Shown here: positions 19,862 to 31,561 of the stretch, one piece after another
How the letters are laid out: the number at the start of each line of letters is the position of its first letter
How positions within the stretch are numbered: the stretch's first letter is position 1
NCBI GenBank assembly: GCA_046758365.1
Contig: JBHIAC010000024.1
Location: forward strand, 1 to 31,561
Origin: a bacterium
GTDB lineage: Bacteria > Zhuqueibacterota > Zhuqueibacteria > Oceanimicrobiales > Oceanimicrobiaceae
DNA: 31,561 bases
Direction of reading: 5' to 3'
Translations under genes and position numbers: made by a program
Notes under the pieces: generated by a model
Told to the model about the DNA's origin: nothing
The model's database searches: none
What the model saw: only the letters and a program-made list of their open reading frames with translations

Positions 19862-22800
19862 TCAACCCACAGCGGTTTTATATTCTTCTTCTATTTTTTC
19901 TAATTCAGTTTCTTCTTCGAGTTTATCTAATTTAGAAAATATTCGAATATTCTTAAATTTATTTAATCCCGTTCCAGCCGGAATGAGATGCCCCATTATT
20001 ACATTTTCTTTCAAACCATGAAGTTTATCAACTTTTCCTTCAATACAAGCATCCGTTAAAACTCGAGTAGTTTCTTGAAATGAAGCCGCTGAGATAAAAC
20101 TTTCGGTCGTTAAGGAGGCTTTCGTTATGCCAAGTAACAATGGAAGAAATGTTGCTGGTTGTGCAGGCTTAGATTTTGCCGGAGTTTTACCAGCTTCTTT
20201 CAGTTTTTCATTTTGTTTCACAAGTTCTTCTTTATCTACTAATTCATTATCTTTAAATTTTGAATCTCCGCTATCTGTAATCATAACCTTACTTCTGATC
20301 TTCTCATTTTCTTCCAAAAAGGTAATTTTATCTACCTGAGCCCCTTCTAAATACATAGTATCGCCGGAATCTTCCACTTTAACTTTCTGAAGCATTTGTC
20401 GAACAATTACTTCAATATGTTTGTCGTTTATTCGAACACCTTGCAGGCGGTAAACCTCTTGAATTTCATTTACCAGATACTCCTGAACTTTATTCGGACC
20501 CATAATATTTAAAATATCGTCAGGCGCTATGCTCCCTTCACACAGTTTTTCACCTGCCTGAACATAATCCCCCTCATGTACAAGAACGTGCTTTCCATAA
20601 GGAATGAGATAAACTTTCTCTTCCTGACCATCCTTTGAGGTAACAATTATTTTGCGAATACCTCTGCGAATTTCACCAAATTTAACCATTCCATCAATTT
20701 CGCTTACAATGGCGGGTTCCTTTGGTTTACGAGCCTCAAACAGTTCGGCCACCCTCGGCAATCCACCTGTAATATCACGAGTTTTAGCTATCTCTCTTGG
20801 TATCTTAACCAATACGTCACCAGCCATAACATCTTGTTTGTCATGTACTTGTAAATGTGATCTTGTGGGCAATAAGTAGCTGCTTAGTTTATTTCCTTCT
20901 TTATCAACTATATGAATCTGAGGATTTAGGTTTCGGTTTCGAGTTTCAATAATCACACGTTGCTTGAGCCCGGTGGTTTCATCAAGTTCTTCACGAAAGG
21001 TTATATTTTCTTTTAAATCCACATATTTAACGGTTCCATCATGGTTAGAGAGGATACTCGTGGTATAGGGATCCCACTGAAATATGATTTTACTTTTCTC
21101 AACAGATTCCCTTTCTTTGACCATAATTTGAGCCCCGTAGGGTACAATATATTGTGCAGTTACTCGATTATTATCATCGATTATTTTAATTTTACCATTT
21201 CTTCCTATTGCCACAATTGAACCATCGGACTGCTTTACAAATTTTAAATTTTCAAACTTTATTTTCCCGTCTTGTTTAGCTACAACCTGAGATTGCGCTG
21301 CGATACGCGAAGCAGTTCCCCCAATATGAAAAGTTCTTAAAGTCAACTGTGTGCCTGGTTCGCCAATTGATTGAGCGGCCATGACCCCCACGGCTTCTCC
21401 AATTTCAACAATATTACCAGTTGCCATATTTCGACCATAACACTTAGCACACACCCCTCGTTTTGATTCACAAGTAAGAACCGAACGGATACGAACTGTC
21501 TCAATACCGCTATTTGAAATACGATCTGCCATTTCTTCATCAATCAACGTGCCGGCTTCCACAATTACTTTTTGAGATTCAGGTTCAAAAACATCTTCAG
21601 CCGCTACTCGACTTAATATACGGTCGCTAAGTGGTTCAATAATTTCCTCACCCTCTTTAAGATCTCCGATTCGAATGCCTAAAATAGTATTACAGTCTAC
21701 TTCGGTAATAATAACATCTTGCGCAACGTCCACCAATCGTCTTGTCAGATAACCCGCATCAGCGGTTTTCAAAGCAGTATCAGCCAATCCTTTCCTCGCC
21801 CCATGAGTAGAGATAAAGTATTCTAATACCGATAGACCCTCTCTAAAGTTAGAAGTAATAGGATCCTCAATGATCTCTCCCATCTGTCCGGTCATCTTTT
21901 TTTGGGGTTTAGCCATAAGACCACGCATTCCGGCTAACTGCCTAATTTGCTCTTTTGAACCCCGCGCCCCTGAATCGGCCATCATATAAATTGGATTGAA
22001 GCCGTACCGCTCTTTTTCTAAATGCGTGAACATTTTCTCAGCCACATCACTGGTTGTATGCGTCCAGATGTCAATAATTTTATTGTACCTTTCGCCATCT
22101 GTAATTACCCCTTTTTCATATTGATTCTGGATAGTATTTACCTTTTTAGTGGCCTGTTCAATAAGTTGGCTTTTTTCTTCAGGTATCCGCACATCCTCAA
22201 GGCCAACCGTGACGCCAGATTTCATAGCATAATTAAATCCTAACTCTTTAAGCCGATCCAGAAATAAGGCAGATTGGTAATTCCCTAACATCTTGTATAC
22301 CTCCGCCACGATCTCTTCCATTCGACGCTTGGTCAAAAGTTCGTTCACAAAACCAATTTCATTAGGAACAACTTGGTTAAAAATAACTCGTCCAGAGGTT
22401 GTTTCAATTAAACGGCCATTAATCCGGACATTAATCTTAGCGTGAAGACCCAATTTGCCATCATTATACGCAATCAAAACCTCTTCTGGTGATGAAAAGG
22501 TTCGTCCTTCACCCAATTCACCGACTTTCATTTTGGTCAAATAATATATTCCTAATACAATATCCTGACTTGGAATTGCTAAAGGTCTTCCGTTGGCTGG
22601 AGAAAGTATATTATGGCTTGAGAGCATGAGCAAGCGGGTTTCAATCTGGGAATAATATGAAAGAGGGACATGGACCGCCATTTGGTCACCGTCGAAATCC
22701 GCATTAAAAGCCGCGCACACCAGTGAATGAATCTGAATAGCCTTGCCTTCAATTAAAATAGGTTGAAAGGCTTGGATTCCAAGTCGATGCAGGGTCGGGG

Positions 22801-24103
22801 CTCTATTTAATAATACAGGGTGGTCATCAATAATTTCTTCTAAAATATCCCAAACTTCAGAGCCGCGGCGATCTACTAATTTTTTAGCACTTTTGACTGT
22901 TTTTACCAAACCACGCTCCACAAGCTTCCGTATCACAAATGGCTTAAATAACTCTAATGCCATTTCTTTTGGAAGACCACATTCATAAATCTTGAGTTCT
23001 GGCCCCACAACAATTACCGAGCGCCCTGAGTAATCAATCCGTTTACCTAATAGATTTTGACGGAATCTACCTTGTTTTCCCCTAAGCATATCAGAAAGGG
23101 ATTTTAATGGCCGATTGCCATCCCCTCGAACAGCAGCCGATTTTCTGCCATTATCAAACAAAGCATCAACGGCCTCCTGAAGCATTCGTTTCTCATTTCG
23201 CAGAATTACTTCCGGGGCTTTAATTTCCATCAATTTTTTAAGGCGGTTGTTTCTAATAATGACCCGACGATATAGGTCATTCAAATCACTGGTTGCAAAC
23301 CGGCCCCCTTCCAAAGGTACTAATGGCCGAAGCTCTGGCGGTATAACTGGTATCACTGACATGACCATCCATTCAGGACGGTTGGTGCTCTTTTTAAACG
23401 CCTCAATTACTCTTAGTCGTTTTAAAGCTTCGCTTTTCCTCTGAAATGAAGTTTCTTCTCTGGCTTGACGCCGTAGTTCGGTTGAGAGGGTCTGAATATC
23501 TGTTCTTCTTAGGATATCTAAAATCGCTTCACCTCCAATTTTGGCTACAAATGTCTTGTCGTCTTCAAGTTCGCGCTCCTCAGCCATGTCAGAGAATTCA
23601 CTCATTATCCGAAAGTATTCTTCTTCACTGATAAGTTCTTTGGCCTTTAACCCACTGTTCCCTGGATCAATGACTACGTAGGATTCGTAATAAATTACAC
23701 GCTCCAAATCCTTAACAGTCATGCCCAAAATATAACCAATTTTCGAGGGTAAAGATTTCCAAAACCAAATGTGTACAACGGGAACCGCCAGAGAAATATG
23801 GCCCATCCTTTCTCTTCTTACGCTTTTAGTAGTGACTTCAACGCCACACCTATCACAGATAATTCCCTTATAGCGAATGCGTTTATATTTTCCACAATGG
23901 CACTCCCAATCTCGCACAGGACCAAAAATTTTCTCACAAAATAACCCATCCTTTTCTGGTTTAAAGGAACGGTAATTTATAGTTTCAGGTTTTGTAACTT
24001 CGCCATAAGAACGTTCGAGAATCTTATCCGAAGAAGCCAAGCTTATAGAAATCGCATCAAATGAATTTTTACTGGAACTTTCTTGCCTACTAAAATAAGC
24101 CAA
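19862..24103 (-). CDS. rpoC: RNA polymerase beta' subunit
   Basis: Zn finger [31 protein letters not shown] start with AGGAGGTG SD. Confidence 0.99.
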   Translation of the reverse strand: MAYFSRQESSSKNSFDAISISLASSDKILERSYGEVTKPETINYRSFKPEKDGLFCEKIFGPVRDWECHCGKYKRIRYKGIICDRCGVEVTTKSVRRERMGHISLAVPVVHIWFWKSLPSKIGYILGMTVKDLERVIYYESYVVIDPGNSGLKAKELISEEEYFRIMSEFSDMAEERELEDDKTFVAKIGGEAILDILRRTDIQTLSTELRRQAREETSFQRKSEALKRLRVIEAFKKSTNRPEWMVMSVIPVIPPELRPLVPLEGGRFATSDLNDLYRRVIIRNNRLKKLMEIKAPEVILRNEKRMLQEAVDALFDNGRKSAAVRGDGNRPLKSLSDMLRGKQGRFRQNLLGKRIDYSGRSVIVVGPELKIYECGLPKEMALELFKPFVIRKLVERGLVKTVKSAKKLVDRRGSEVWDILEEIIDDHPVLLNRAPTLHRLGIQAFQPILIEGKAIQIHSLVCAAFNADFDGDQMAVHVPLSYYSQIETRLLMLSSHNILSPANGRPLAIPSQDIVLGIYYLTKMKVGELGEGRTFSSPEEVLIAYNDGKLGLHAKINVRINGRLIETTSGRVIFNQVVPNEIGFVNELLTKRRMEEIVAEVYKMLGNYQSALFLDRLKELGFNYAMKSGVTVGLEDVRIPEEKSQLIEQATKKVNTIQNQYEKGVITDGERYNKIIDIWTHTTSDVAEKMFTHLEKERYGFNPIYMMADSGARGSKEQIRQLAGMRGLMAKPQKKMTGQMGEIIEDPITSNFREGLSVLEYFISTHGARKGLADTALKTADAGYLTRRLVDVAQDVIITEVDCNTILGIRIGDLKEGEEIIEPLSDRILSRVAAEDVFEPESQKVIVEAGTLIDEEMADRISNSGIETVRIRSVLTCESKRGVCAKCYGRNMATGNIVEIGEAVGVMAAQSIGEPGTQLTLRTFHIGGTASRIAAQSQVVAKQDGKIKFENLKFVKQSDGSIVAIGRNGKIKIIDDNNRVTAQYIVPYGAQIMVKERESVEKSKIIFQWDPYTTSILSNHDGTVKYVDLKENITFREELDETTGLKQRVIIETRNRNLNPQIHIVDKEGNKLSSYLLPTRSHLQVHDKQDVMAGDVLVKIPREIAKTRDITGGLPRVAELFEARKPKEPAIVSEIDGMVKFGEIRRGIRKIIVTSKDGQEEKVYLIPYGKHVLVHEGDYVQAGEKLCEGSIAPDDILNIMGPNKVQEYLVNEIQEVYRLQGVRINDKHIEVIVRQMLQKVKVEDSGDTMYLEGAQVDKITFLEENEKIRSKVMITDSGDSKFKDNELVDKEELVKQNEKLKEAGKTPAKSKPAQPATFLPLLLGITKASLTTESFISAASFQETTRVLTDACIEGKVDKLHGLKENVIMGHLIPAGTGLNKFKNIRIFSKLDKLEEETELEKIEEEYKTAVG

Positions 24104-24171
24104 AATTCCACCTCCTATTAAGGATTGCTGATTAAATGAAATTTTATCAATTAAATAATTTTTTGTATAAC

Positions 24172-27100
24172 TTAGGACTTACCGTCTTTTTTATCTAATA
24201 ACTCCACATCGAGTCCTAATCCCTGTAATTCTCTAATCAAAACATTAAAGGATTCTGGTAAACCAGGTTCAGGCAAATTCTCCCCTTTTACAATAGCCTC
24301 GTAAACTTTCGAACGTCCGCGCACATCATCCGATTTAACTGTAAGAATTTCTTGTAATGTATGGGCGGCCCCGTAGGCTTCCAACGCCCATACTTCCATT
24401 TCACCAAATCGCTGGCCACCAAATTGAGCTTTTCCACCAAGGGGTTGTTGGGTAATTAATGAGTACGGGCCAATGGAACGGGCATGAATTTTGTCTTCAA
24501 CTAAATGAGACAACTTCATCATATAGATATACCCTACTGTTACGGGGTTATCAAATGGCTCCCCGGTTCTGCCATCATATAGGATCGATTTTCCATCTCC
24601 TGGTAGTACTGCTTGTTGCATTTCTTCTCTAATTTCATCATAAGTAGCGCCATCAAACACGGGTGAAGAGTATCGCTTTTTTAAAATCTCTGCGGCCCAC
24701 CCAAGATTTGCTTCAAAAATTTGTCCTAAATTCATTCTTGATGGGACTCCTAACGGATTAAGAACGATGTCCACTGGAGTTCCATCAGGTAAATAGGGCA
24801 TATCTTCAATAGGCACTATTTTGGCGACCACTCCTTTGTTGCCATGTCGTCCAGCCATTTTGTCTCCCACCATTAGTTTTCTCTTTTTGGCCACATAAAC
24901 TTTTGCTAGTTGAACAATTCCAGGGGGCAATTCATCGCCTACTACGATTTTAAATTTTTTATTTTCGAAATCTTCTTCCATGTCATTAAAATTTTTGTGA
25001 TAGGCATTCCAAATAGCGTCAACCAATTCATTGGTCTTTTTATTATTACAAATGCCAGCGGAATAATCTATTGCTTCAAAGTCTAGCTCTTCTAATTTTT
25101 CACGCGTGAGCAAGGTGCCGGATCGGACTAAAACCTTGCCAGAATTTTTGTCACGAATGGAAGTGGATGTTTTATTATTTAGAACTTTTATTAATTTTTC
25201 ATCTCTGAGCTTTTTGACCAAGACTAATTCGGAATTGTACCACTGCTCCAATTCGTCAAGTTTTGACTTGTCCAGTCTTTTTGTTTTTGGGTCTTTCTTC
25301 TTGCGGGTAAATAACTTTGTGTCAATTACCACCCCCCTCATTCCCGGGGGAGCCTTTAAAGAGGCATCCTTTACGTCGCCCGCTTTCTCTCCAAAAATAG
25401 CTTTAAGAAGCTTCTCTTCCGGTGTTGGATCCGTTTCGCCTTTAGGAGTAACTTTCCCTACCAAAATATCACCCGCTTGCACTTCCGCTCCTTCACGAAT
25501 AATTCCATTTTCATCTAAATCTTTGGTCGTTTCTTCACTTACATTAGGAATTTCTCTGGTAAGCTCCTCTTCGCCTCGTTTAGTATCACGAACTTGAAGC
25601 TCAAATTCTTCAATATGAACGGAAGTATAAATATCTTCCTGTACTACCCTTTCAGAAATAATTATAGCATCTTCAAAATTATATCCGCGCCAAGGCATAT
25701 AGGCTACTAATACATTTCTCCCTAAAGCTAATTCACCACCGTCTGTTGCAGAGCCATCAGCTAATACATCTCCCTTTTTAACTTTTTGTCTTACTTGAAC
25801 AATGGGGCGCTGGTTAATACAAGTATCTTGATTAGTTCGTGCAAATTTAATTAAACTATAAGTAACCTTATCTTTTGCATCAAAATTTAAAAGCGAATCG
25901 AGAGTTATCTTTTGACTCTCCTCCAAGTCCTTTTTAATGACAATTTCTGTTGAACTAACTTTTTCAACAACCCCGTCTACATCCGAAATCACCATCGCAC
26001 GGGAATCTTTTGCAACTTTAGATTCCATTCCTGTCCCGACAAGAGGCGCTTCCGTTCGCAGTAAGGGCACAGCTTGACGCTGCATATTAGAACCCATGAG
26101 TGCGCGGTTTGCATCGTCGTGCTCTAGAAATGGAATTAAAGAAGCCGCAGCAGAAACAATCTGATTAGGAGAAACGTCCATGTAATCTACCGCAGGAGGA
26201 CTCATTACTGGAAAATCCCCCCTAAATCTAGACTTTACTTTATCGCGGATGAAATTACCTTTTTCATCTATTGGCGCATTGGCCTGAGCGATCACATATT
26301 GATCTTCATCATCCGCAGAAAGATAATCAATTTTATTTTCTACTCGCCCATTTTTAACCTTCCTATAAGGTGTTTCAATGAATCCGAAATCGTTAATACG
26401 GGCAAAGGTCGTCAACGATGAAATCAAACCGATATTTGGACCTTCTGGAGTTTCAATAGGACAAAGACGACCATAGTGGGTATAGTGCACATCCCGAACT
26501 TCAAAACCGGCTCTCTCCCTGGTTAATCCACCTGGCCCTAATGCAGAGAGTCTACGTTTATGGGTTAACTCAGCCAGAGGATTCGTTTGATCCATGAATT
26601 GAGAAAGCTGGCTTGTCCCAAAAAACGTATTTATCACAGAGAAAAGAGTTCGAGCATTTACCAAATCTTGAGGGGTTAGATTTTCGCTGTCCCTTAAATT
26701 CATTCTTTCTTTAATGGTACGCGCCATTCTTGAAAGCCCCATAGTCATCTGCGCGGAAAGCTGTTCGCCTACTGTTCGTATTCTTCTATTTCCTAAATGA
26801 TCAATATCATCGGCACTTTTTTGACCAGATCTTAATTCTAGTAGATATTTAATGATAGAGATAATATCTTCCCGAGTTAAGACTGTAGTTTCAATGGGGA
26901 TATTTAGACCAAGTTTTTTATTGACTCGATAGCGGCCAACATTCCCTAAATCATATCTTTTGGGATTAAAAAACAATCGATCAATTAAACTTCTTGCTGT
27001 ATCGAGATCAGGTGCCTCTCCCGATCTTAAATGGCGGTAAATTGCTTCCAAAGCATCTTCTTCGGATTTGGAGGAATCCTTCCGCAGGGTGTTGCTGATC

Positions 27101-27972
27101 ACATCCGGGCCTAAAATTCCATCATGCTTAAGAAATTTTAAGAATTTAATATCTGTTTTTTTGACACGCTCAAGGACTTCATCATTTAATTCAGAATCCT
27201 TTTCTAATATTAACTCACCGGTCTCTCTGTCGATTATATCTGAAACGGAAGTTCGTCCAATAAATTTATTAATATTCGGATGGTTTATTTTAATCTCTTC
27301 GATTAAATCAAAAAGTTCTAGTAAATCTTTGTCTGTTGAATATCCCAGAGCACGTAAAAGAGTGGTTACGGGAAATTTTTTACGACGGTCGATGTAAACA
27401 TACATAACATCGTTGATATCAGTAGTGAATTCAACCCAGGATCCTCGCAGGGGTATAATCCTGGCAGAATAAATCTTTGTCCCGTTCGGGTGTATTAATT
27501 CATCAAAAAAGACCCCTGGTGAACGATGCAATTGACTCACAACAATTCTTTCTGCGCCATTTATAATAAATGTGCCCCGATGAGTCATATATGGAATATT
27601 ACCCAAATAAACAATTTGTTCAATGATGTCTACATAATCTTTGCTATCTCCATATTCATCTTTTACCGATAACCTTAATTTTGCTTTAAGAGGTACGGAA
27701 TAGGTAACTCCTCTTTCCTGACACTCGGCCACATCATACTTGGGCTTTTCTAAATAATATTCACTAAATTCCAAACAGAAATTTTCTCGGCTATCAACAA
27801 TTGGAAAAATATTCTGAAATACTGCTTGGAGTCCCTTTTTTGCTCTTTTATCAGGGGCCACATCATCCTGTAGAAATTCTTTAAAGGATTTAAGCTGAAT
27901 ATCCAGAAGATCCGGCAGATCAATAACCTGGGTTAGTTTGGAAAAGGATTTTTTCCTATAATTACTTAGCAT
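24172..27972 (-). CDS. rpoB: RNA polymerase beta subunit
   Basis: [38 protein letters not shown]. Confidence 0.99.
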   Translation of the reverse strand: MLSNYRKKSFSKLTQVIDLPDLLDIQLKSFKEFLQDDVAPDKRAKKGLQAVFQNIFPIVDSRENFCLEFSEYYLEKPKYDVAECQERGVTYSVPLKAKLRLSVKDEYGDSKDYVDIIEQIVYLGNIPYMTHRGTFIINGAERIVVSQLHRSPGVFFDELIHPNGTKIYSARIIPLRGSWVEFTTDINDVMYVYIDRRKKFPVTTLLRALGYSTDKDLLELFDLIEEIKINHPNINKFIGRTSVSDIIDRETGELILEKDSELNDEVLERVKKTDIKFLKFLKHDGILGPDVISNTLRKDSSKSEEDALEAIYRHLRSGEAPDLDTARSLIDRLFFNPKRYDLGNVGRYRVNKKLGLNIPIETTVLTREDIISIIKYLLELRSGQKSADDIDHLGNRRIRTVGEQLSAQMTMGLSRMARTIKERMNLRDSENLTPQDLVNARTLFSVINTFFGTSQLSQFMDQTNPLAELTHKRRLSALGPGGLTRERAGFEVRDVHYTHYGRLCPIETPEGPNIGLISSLTTFARINDFGFIETPYRKVKNGRVENKIDYLSADDEDQYVIAQANAPIDEKGNFIRDKVKSRFRGDFPVMSPPAVDYMDVSPNQIVSAAASLIPFLEHDDANRALMGSNMQRQAVPLLRTEAPLVGTGMESKVAKDSRAMVISDVDGVVEKVSSTEIVIKKDLEESQKITLDSLLNFDAKDKVTYSLIKFARTNQDTCINQRPIVQVRQKVKKGDVLADGSATDGGELALGRNVLVAYMPWRGYNFEDAIIISERVVQEDIYTSVHIEEFELQVRDTKRGEEELTREIPNVSEETTKDLDENGIIREGAEVQAGDILVGKVTPKGETDPTPEEKLLKAIFGEKAGDVKDASLKAPPGMRGVVIDTKLFTRKKKDPKTKRLDKSKLDELEQWYNSELVLVKKLRDEKLIKVLNNKTSTSIRDKNSGKVLVRSGTLLTREKLEELDFEAIDYSAGICNNKKTNELVDAIWNAYHKNFNDMEEDFENKKFKIVVGDELPPGIVQLAKVYVAKKRKLMVGDKMAGRHGNKGVVAKIVPIEDMPYLPDGTPVDIVLNPLGVPSRMNLGQIFEANLGWAAEILKKRYSSPVFDGATYDEIREEMQQAVLPGDGKSILYDGRTGEPFDNPVTVGYIYMMKLSHLVEDKIHARSIGPYSLITQQPLGGKAQFGGQRFGEMEVWALEAYGAAHTLQEILTVKSDDVRGRSKVYEAIVKGENLPEPGLPESFNVLIRELQGLGLDVELLDKKDGKS

Positions 27973-28010
27973 AAATAGTACGACCTCATTAGTTGTTTAT
28001 TTTAAATCAT

Positions 28011-28505
28011 TTATTTAAGTTCAACCGTAGCTCCCATCTCTTCCAATTTCTTCCTCAAATCCTCTGCCTCTTCTTTTGATACGCCTTCTTTAACAGGTTT
28101 AGGAGCAGAGTCAACTAAGTCTTTAGCTTCTTTTAACCCTAAATCAGTTACCGAACGAACCACTTTAATTACTTGTATTTTCTTATCACCAGCGGCGGTA
28201 AGAATAACGTCGAATTCCGTTTTTTCTTCAACAGCTTCGGCCGGAGCAGCAGGAGCGGCCGCTGTACCAACCGCTGCAGCAACGACGGGGGCCTGCACAG
28301 AGACGCCAAATCGATCTTCAATGGATTTAACTAAATTAGAAAGCTCTAACACAGTCAAGTTTTCAATAATTTCTAATATAGATTCAACTTGACCATTTCC
28401 GCCTTTGCTAGTTTTCTTTGAAGGCTTAGATGGTGATTTTTTAACTTTGGTTTCTTTCTTTTGGGTTTTTTCTTTTACAGCCGTGGTTTCTTTTGCTTCT
28501 GGCAT
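28011..28505 (-). CDS. rplL: 50S ribosomal protein bL12 (L7/L12) with N-terminal extension
   Basis: [29 protein letters not shown]; strong SD AGGGAGG 5 nt before ATG 28505. Confidence 0.97.
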   Translation of the reverse strand: MPEAKETTAVKEKTQKKETKVKKSPSKPSKKTSKGGNGQVESILEIIENLTVLELSNLVKSIEDRFGVSVQAPVVAAAVGTAAAPAAPAEAVEEKTEFDVILTAAGDKKIQVIKVVRSVTDLGLKEAKDLVDSAPKPVKEGVSKEEAEDLRKKLEEMGATVELK

Positions 28506-28543
28506 AACATCCTCCCTTTGTCAGAGATAATTGAATTAATAAA

Positions 28544-29074
28544 TTACTTACTATCTGATTCCTCTTTCTGCTTTTTTACAGCCTCCAGGGCATAAACAAA
28601 ATTCCTTAAGATTCCATTAAGAGATAAAACTAAATTAGAGATCGGTGCATTAAGACTCCTCATTAGTCTGGCCAATAGCTCTTCCCTCGATGGAAGATTT
28701 GCTATTTCACTAATTTGGTCAGTACCAACGAATACACCCTCAAACAAGCAAGCTTTTATTTTTAACTTTTCTGTTTCTTTTGCAAACTCTGTAATGACTT
28801 TAGCCGGAGCCGTAGGGTCTTCCATCCCAAAGGCTAAAGCCGTTGGACCCTCTAAATATTCAAGGAGTTCATCACATCCCGCAGCTTTAGCGGATAGCCT
28901 GGCTAACGTATTTTTTACAACTCGATATTGGACAGAGGCCCCCCTGAAGGATTTCCTTAAGTTATTAATTTCCTCTACATTTAAACCTGAAAATTCTGTC
29001 AAAAATACACTTTTAGCTTGCTTTAATTGTTCTGTAACTTCTTCTACAATAGCTACTTTTTCTGGTGTTGGCAT
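28544..29074 (-). CDS. rplJ: 50S ribosomal protein uL10
   Basis: VVKNTLAR, GPTALA, LPSREELLA. Start trimmed to ATG 29074 (SD AGGA). Confidence 0.97.
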   Translation of the reverse strand: MPTPEKVAIVEEVTEQLKQAKSVFLTEFSGLNVEEINNLRKSFRGASVQYRVVKNTLARLSAKAAGCDELLEYLEGPTALAFGMEDPTAPAKVITEFAKETEKLKIKACLFEGVFVGTDQISEIANLPSREELLARLMRSLNAPISNLVLSLNGILRNFVYALEAVKKQKEESDSK

Positions 29075-29118
29075 ACTTATTCCTGATTCCTTAATTTGCA
29101 GTTTCAAAAACAACCGAG

Positions 29119-29820
29119 TTACCGTAATTCATTTAATAATGAACCTCGATCTACTCGAATTCCGGGGCCCATGGTGCTTGAAAGTATGATGTTGCGAATG
29201 TATTGTCCTTTCGAAGCAGCAGGCTTCAACCTTAAAACGGTATCCATGAAAGTTAATATATTCTCACGAATCTCTTTATTATCAAAAGAAGCTTTGCCTA
29301 CGGAAGTATGGAGGATTCCATATTTATCTACTCGAAATTCAATTTTACCAGCTTTTAAGTCCTTAACGGCTTTACCAACTTCCATAGTCACAGTTCCACT
29401 TTTGGGATTTGGCATTAAACCCCGTGGACCCAACAGTCGTCCAAGTTTTCCAACTTCTCCCATAACATCAGGAGTTGCCACAACCACATCAAATTCAAGC
29501 CAACCATTCTGTATTTTTTTGATATATTCTTCAAATCCGACATAATCAGCCCCAGCTTCTTTAGCTTCATTCTCTTTATTCCCTTTAGTTAAAACTAAAA
29601 CTTTTACATCTTTTCCAATCCCATGTGGGAGAGAAACTGTTCCCCTGACCACCTGATCTGCATGGCGAGGATCAACCCCTAAATTAACCGAAATTTCTAC
29701 CGATTCTTCAAATTTAGCATTGGCTGTTTTTTTAATTAACTCAACGGCTTCATCTAAAGAGTAATCTTTGCCCTTTAAAACAAGCGATTCTAAATTTCTA
29801 AACCTTTTACTCTTCTTCAT
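29119..29820 (-). CDS. rplA: 50S ribosomal protein uL1
   Basis: [30 protein letters not shown]. Confidence 0.99.
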   Translation of the reverse strand: MKKSKRFRNLESLVLKGKDYSLDEAVELIKKTANAKFEESVEISVNLGVDPRHADQVVRGTVSLPHGIGKDVKVLVLTKGNKENEAKEAGADYVGFEEYIKKIQNGWLEFDVVVATPDVMGEVGKLGRLLGPRGLMPNPKSGTVTMEVGKAVKDLKAGKIEFRVDKYGILHTSVGKASFDNKEIRENILTFMDTVLRLKPAASKGQYIRNIILSSTMGPGIRVDRGSLLNELR

Positions 29821-29845
29821 TGTCGTATCCTAACACATTAATTCC

Positions 29846-30268
29846 TCATTCAACGACCAAACCCATACTACGGGCCGTACCTTCGATCATTCTTATTGCA
29901 GCCTCAAGATCATTGGCTTTTAAATCCTGAATTTTCATCTGAGCAATCTCTGCTAACTGATCTTTGCTAACTTTACCAACTTTATTTCTGTTTGGCTCTC
30001 CAGAGCCTTTTTCTATGCCAGCCGCCTTCTTTAAAAGAACCGAGGCCGGAGGCGTTTTCGTAATGAATGTAAAGGACCTGTCTGCATAAACGGTTATAAC
30101 TACAGGAATAATCAGTCCTTGTTTTTCTTGTGTTCGGGCGTTAAAAGCTTTACAAAACTCCATTATATTTACCCCAGCTTGCCCCAATGCAGGGCCAACT
30201 GGTGGAGACGGATTCGCTTGACCTGCTGCAATCTGTAATTTAATGGTTGCTATAACTTTTTTGGCCAT
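29846..30268 (-). CDS. rplK: 50S ribosomal protein uL11
   Basis: [26 protein letters not shown]. Confidence 0.99.
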   Translation of the reverse strand: MAKKVIATIKLQIAAGQANPSPPVGPALGQAGVNIMEFCKAFNARTQEKQGLIIPVVITVYADRSFTFITKTPPASVLLKKAAGIEKGSGEPNRNKVGKVSKDQLAEIAQMKIQDLKANDLEAAIRMIEGTARSMGLVVE

Positions 30269-30291
30269 AAATAGTAAGTTCTCCTTTCACT

Positions 30292-30834
30292 CTATTTTTC
30301 CAATTCTACTTGAAGAAAGTCTAATTCTAACGGGGTAGATCTTCCAAATATGCTAACCATCACCTTTACTTTTTTCTTTTCCTTATTGATCTCTTCAACA
30401 AAGCCAGTAAAATCGGTAAATGGACCATCGATCACCTTTATCGGATCCCCTAATCTAAAAGGAACATCTAAAACTTCCTTAGACTTACTTTCTTCAACAC
30501 GCCCTAAGATTCTATCAATTTCATCTTTATGCAGTGGTTGAGGTTTATTTTTGGGACCTACAAAATTCGTTACGCCAGGCGTATTTAAAATTACATGTTG
30601 AGCTTCTTTATCAAGCACCAATTCTACCAGCATGTATCCTGGAAAAAAAACTTTGTTTTTAACCTTACGCTTCCCATGGCGCATCTCTGTAACTTCTTCA
30701 GATGGAATTAAAATCTGAGTGATTTTCTCTTCTAAATTGAGCCTATTTATCTCGCTCTCCAAATGAGCCTTTACTTTCTTTTCATTGCCTGAAAGTACAT
30801 GGATAGCATACCAATTTTTCTCATTTTCACTCAA
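30292..30834 (-). CDS. nusG: Transcription elongation factor NusG
   Basis: WYAIH, FFPGYM, DGPF, IFGRSTP; TTG start with SD AGGAG overlapping the secE stop. Confidence 0.98.
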   Translation of the reverse strand: MSENEKNWYAIHVLSGNEKKVKAHLESEINRLNLEEKITQILIPSEEVTEMRHGKRKVKNKVFFPGYMLVELVLDKEAQHVILNTPGVTNFVGPKNKPQPLHKDEIDRILGRVEESKSKEVLDVPFRLGDPIKVIDGPFTDFTGFVEEINKEKKKVKVMVSIFGRSTPLELDFLQVELEK

Positions 30835-30844
30835 AATTTAACTC

Positions 30845-31033
30845 CTAAAAAATCAATTTGAGCAAATTAGCTAATATGGTATCTGAAAAAAAAATAAACA
30901 CCGCTAAAATCAGAGACAAAATTATCACTATCACTGTTGAACCCTTTAACTCTTCGTAACTCGGCCAACTTACTTTTGACATCTCTTGATTGACATCGGT
31001 TATAAATTTTACTGGTTTTTCAATTAGCTTCAT
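30845..31033 (-). CDS. secE: Preprotein translocase subunit SecE (single-TM form)
   Basis: EMSKVSWPS motif followed by a hydrophobic segment; between tRNA-Trp and nusG. Confidence 0.96.
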   Translation of the reverse strand: MKLIEKPVKFITDVNQEMSKVSWPSYEELKGSTVIVIILSLILAVFIFFSDTILANLLKLIF

Positions 31034-31066
31034 TTTGTCGCTATGGAAAACTCATTATTAAAAATG

Positions 31067-31139
31067 CAGGTGAGGCAGGGCTCGAACCCGCAACCGCTGG
31101 TTTTGGAGACCAGTGCTCTACCCATTGAGCTACTCACCT
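31067..31139 (-). tRNA. tRNA-Trp (CCA)
   Basis: AGGTGAG/CTCACCT acceptor stem, anticodon loop CTCCAAA, TTCGAGC T-loop; 3' CCA not encoded. Confidence 0.97.
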
Positions 31140-31151
31140 GTTACAAATATA

Positions 31152-31301
31152 TCATCGTGTTTCTTTATGTGGTGTATGTTTATTACAAAAAGGGCAATAT
31201 TTTTTAAATTCCACGCGTCCTGAATGCTTGGTCTTATTTTTTGTGGTCGTATAATTTCTGTGCTTACAATTAGTGCATTCTAAAATAACTAATTGTCTCA
31301 T
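31152..31301 (-). CDS. rpmG: 50S ribosomal protein bL33 (zinc-ribbon form, 49 aa; not in ORF track)
   Basis: Hand translation [49 protein letters not shown]. Confidence 0.97.
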   Translation of the reverse strand: MRQLVILECTNCKHRNYTTTKNKTKHSGRVEFKKYCPFCNKHTPHKETR

Positions 31302-31366
31302 ATTCTCGTTACTATATAATTAATTTAAAAAGATTGTTAATTATCTATTCACCTTCTTTTCATAAG

Positions 31367-31439
31367 AGCCCACGACCGGGATTGAACCGGTGACCTCATC
31401 CTTACCAAGGATGTGCTCTACCGACTGAGCTACGTGGGC
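31367..31439 (-). tRNA. tRNA-Thr (GGT)
   Basis: GCCCACG/CGTGGGC acceptor stem, anticodon loop TTGGTAA; 3' CCA not encoded. Confidence 0.97.
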
Positions 31440-31460
31440 TAAGCACTCTTTGAAAATAAG

Positions 31461-31533
31461 AGCGGGAGACGGGGCTCGAACCCGCGACTTACAGCTTGGA
31501 AGGCTGCTACTCTACCAACTGAGTTACTCCCGC
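31461..31533 (-). tRNA. tRNA-Gly (TCC)
   Basis: GCGGGAG/CTCCCGC acceptor stem, anticodon loop CTTCCAA; 3' CCA not encoded. Confidence 0.97.
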
Positions 31534-31561
31534 GTGATTTAGTTTATCCATCATTTAAACA

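Noticed and set aside
25106..25597. 163-aa plus-strand ORF, and the other plus-strand ORFs (e.g. 1361-1681, 27068-27397, 28794-29189, 29096-29545)
   Set aside because: These are antisense shadows of conserved genes, Ser/Phe/Ile-rich as expected from reverse-complemented codons, with no independent signals.
26530..26630. Resistance alleles in the RpoB rifampicin region or RpsL
   Set aside because: Key residues look wild type ([29 protein letters not shown]).

Overview
The window is an AT-rich bacterial core-genome segment. It is almost entirely filled by the uninterrupted transcription/translation 'superoperon', all on the minus strand. In reading order: tRNA-Gly(TCC), tRNA-Thr(GGT), rpmG, tRNA-Trp(CCA), secE, nusG, rplK-A-J-L, rpoB, rpoC, rpsL, rpsG, fusA, tuf, the S10 and spc clusters, secY, map, infA, rpmJ, rpsM, rpsK, rpsD, rpoA, rplQ, and then an intrinsic terminator. 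Two short genes (rpmJ, rpmG) and three tRNAs are missing from the ORF track and were read by hand. An RpoC signature insert, secY-map adjacency and strong Shine-Dalgarno use point by inference to a non-Bacteroidota member of the FCB superphylum or a close relative. I found no mobile-element gene, CRISPR array or accessory protein system. The best candidates for novelty are mostly non-coding: (1) a ~190-nt structured, promoter-preceded, plus-strand RNA candidate convergent on the operon end; (2) an inverted pair of 7-bp tandem arrays; (3) a 226-nt rpsG-fusA spacer full of mutually exclusive hairpins; (4) a bL12 with a ~38-aa Lys-rich N-terminal extension. All structures were paired by hand and none was computed.
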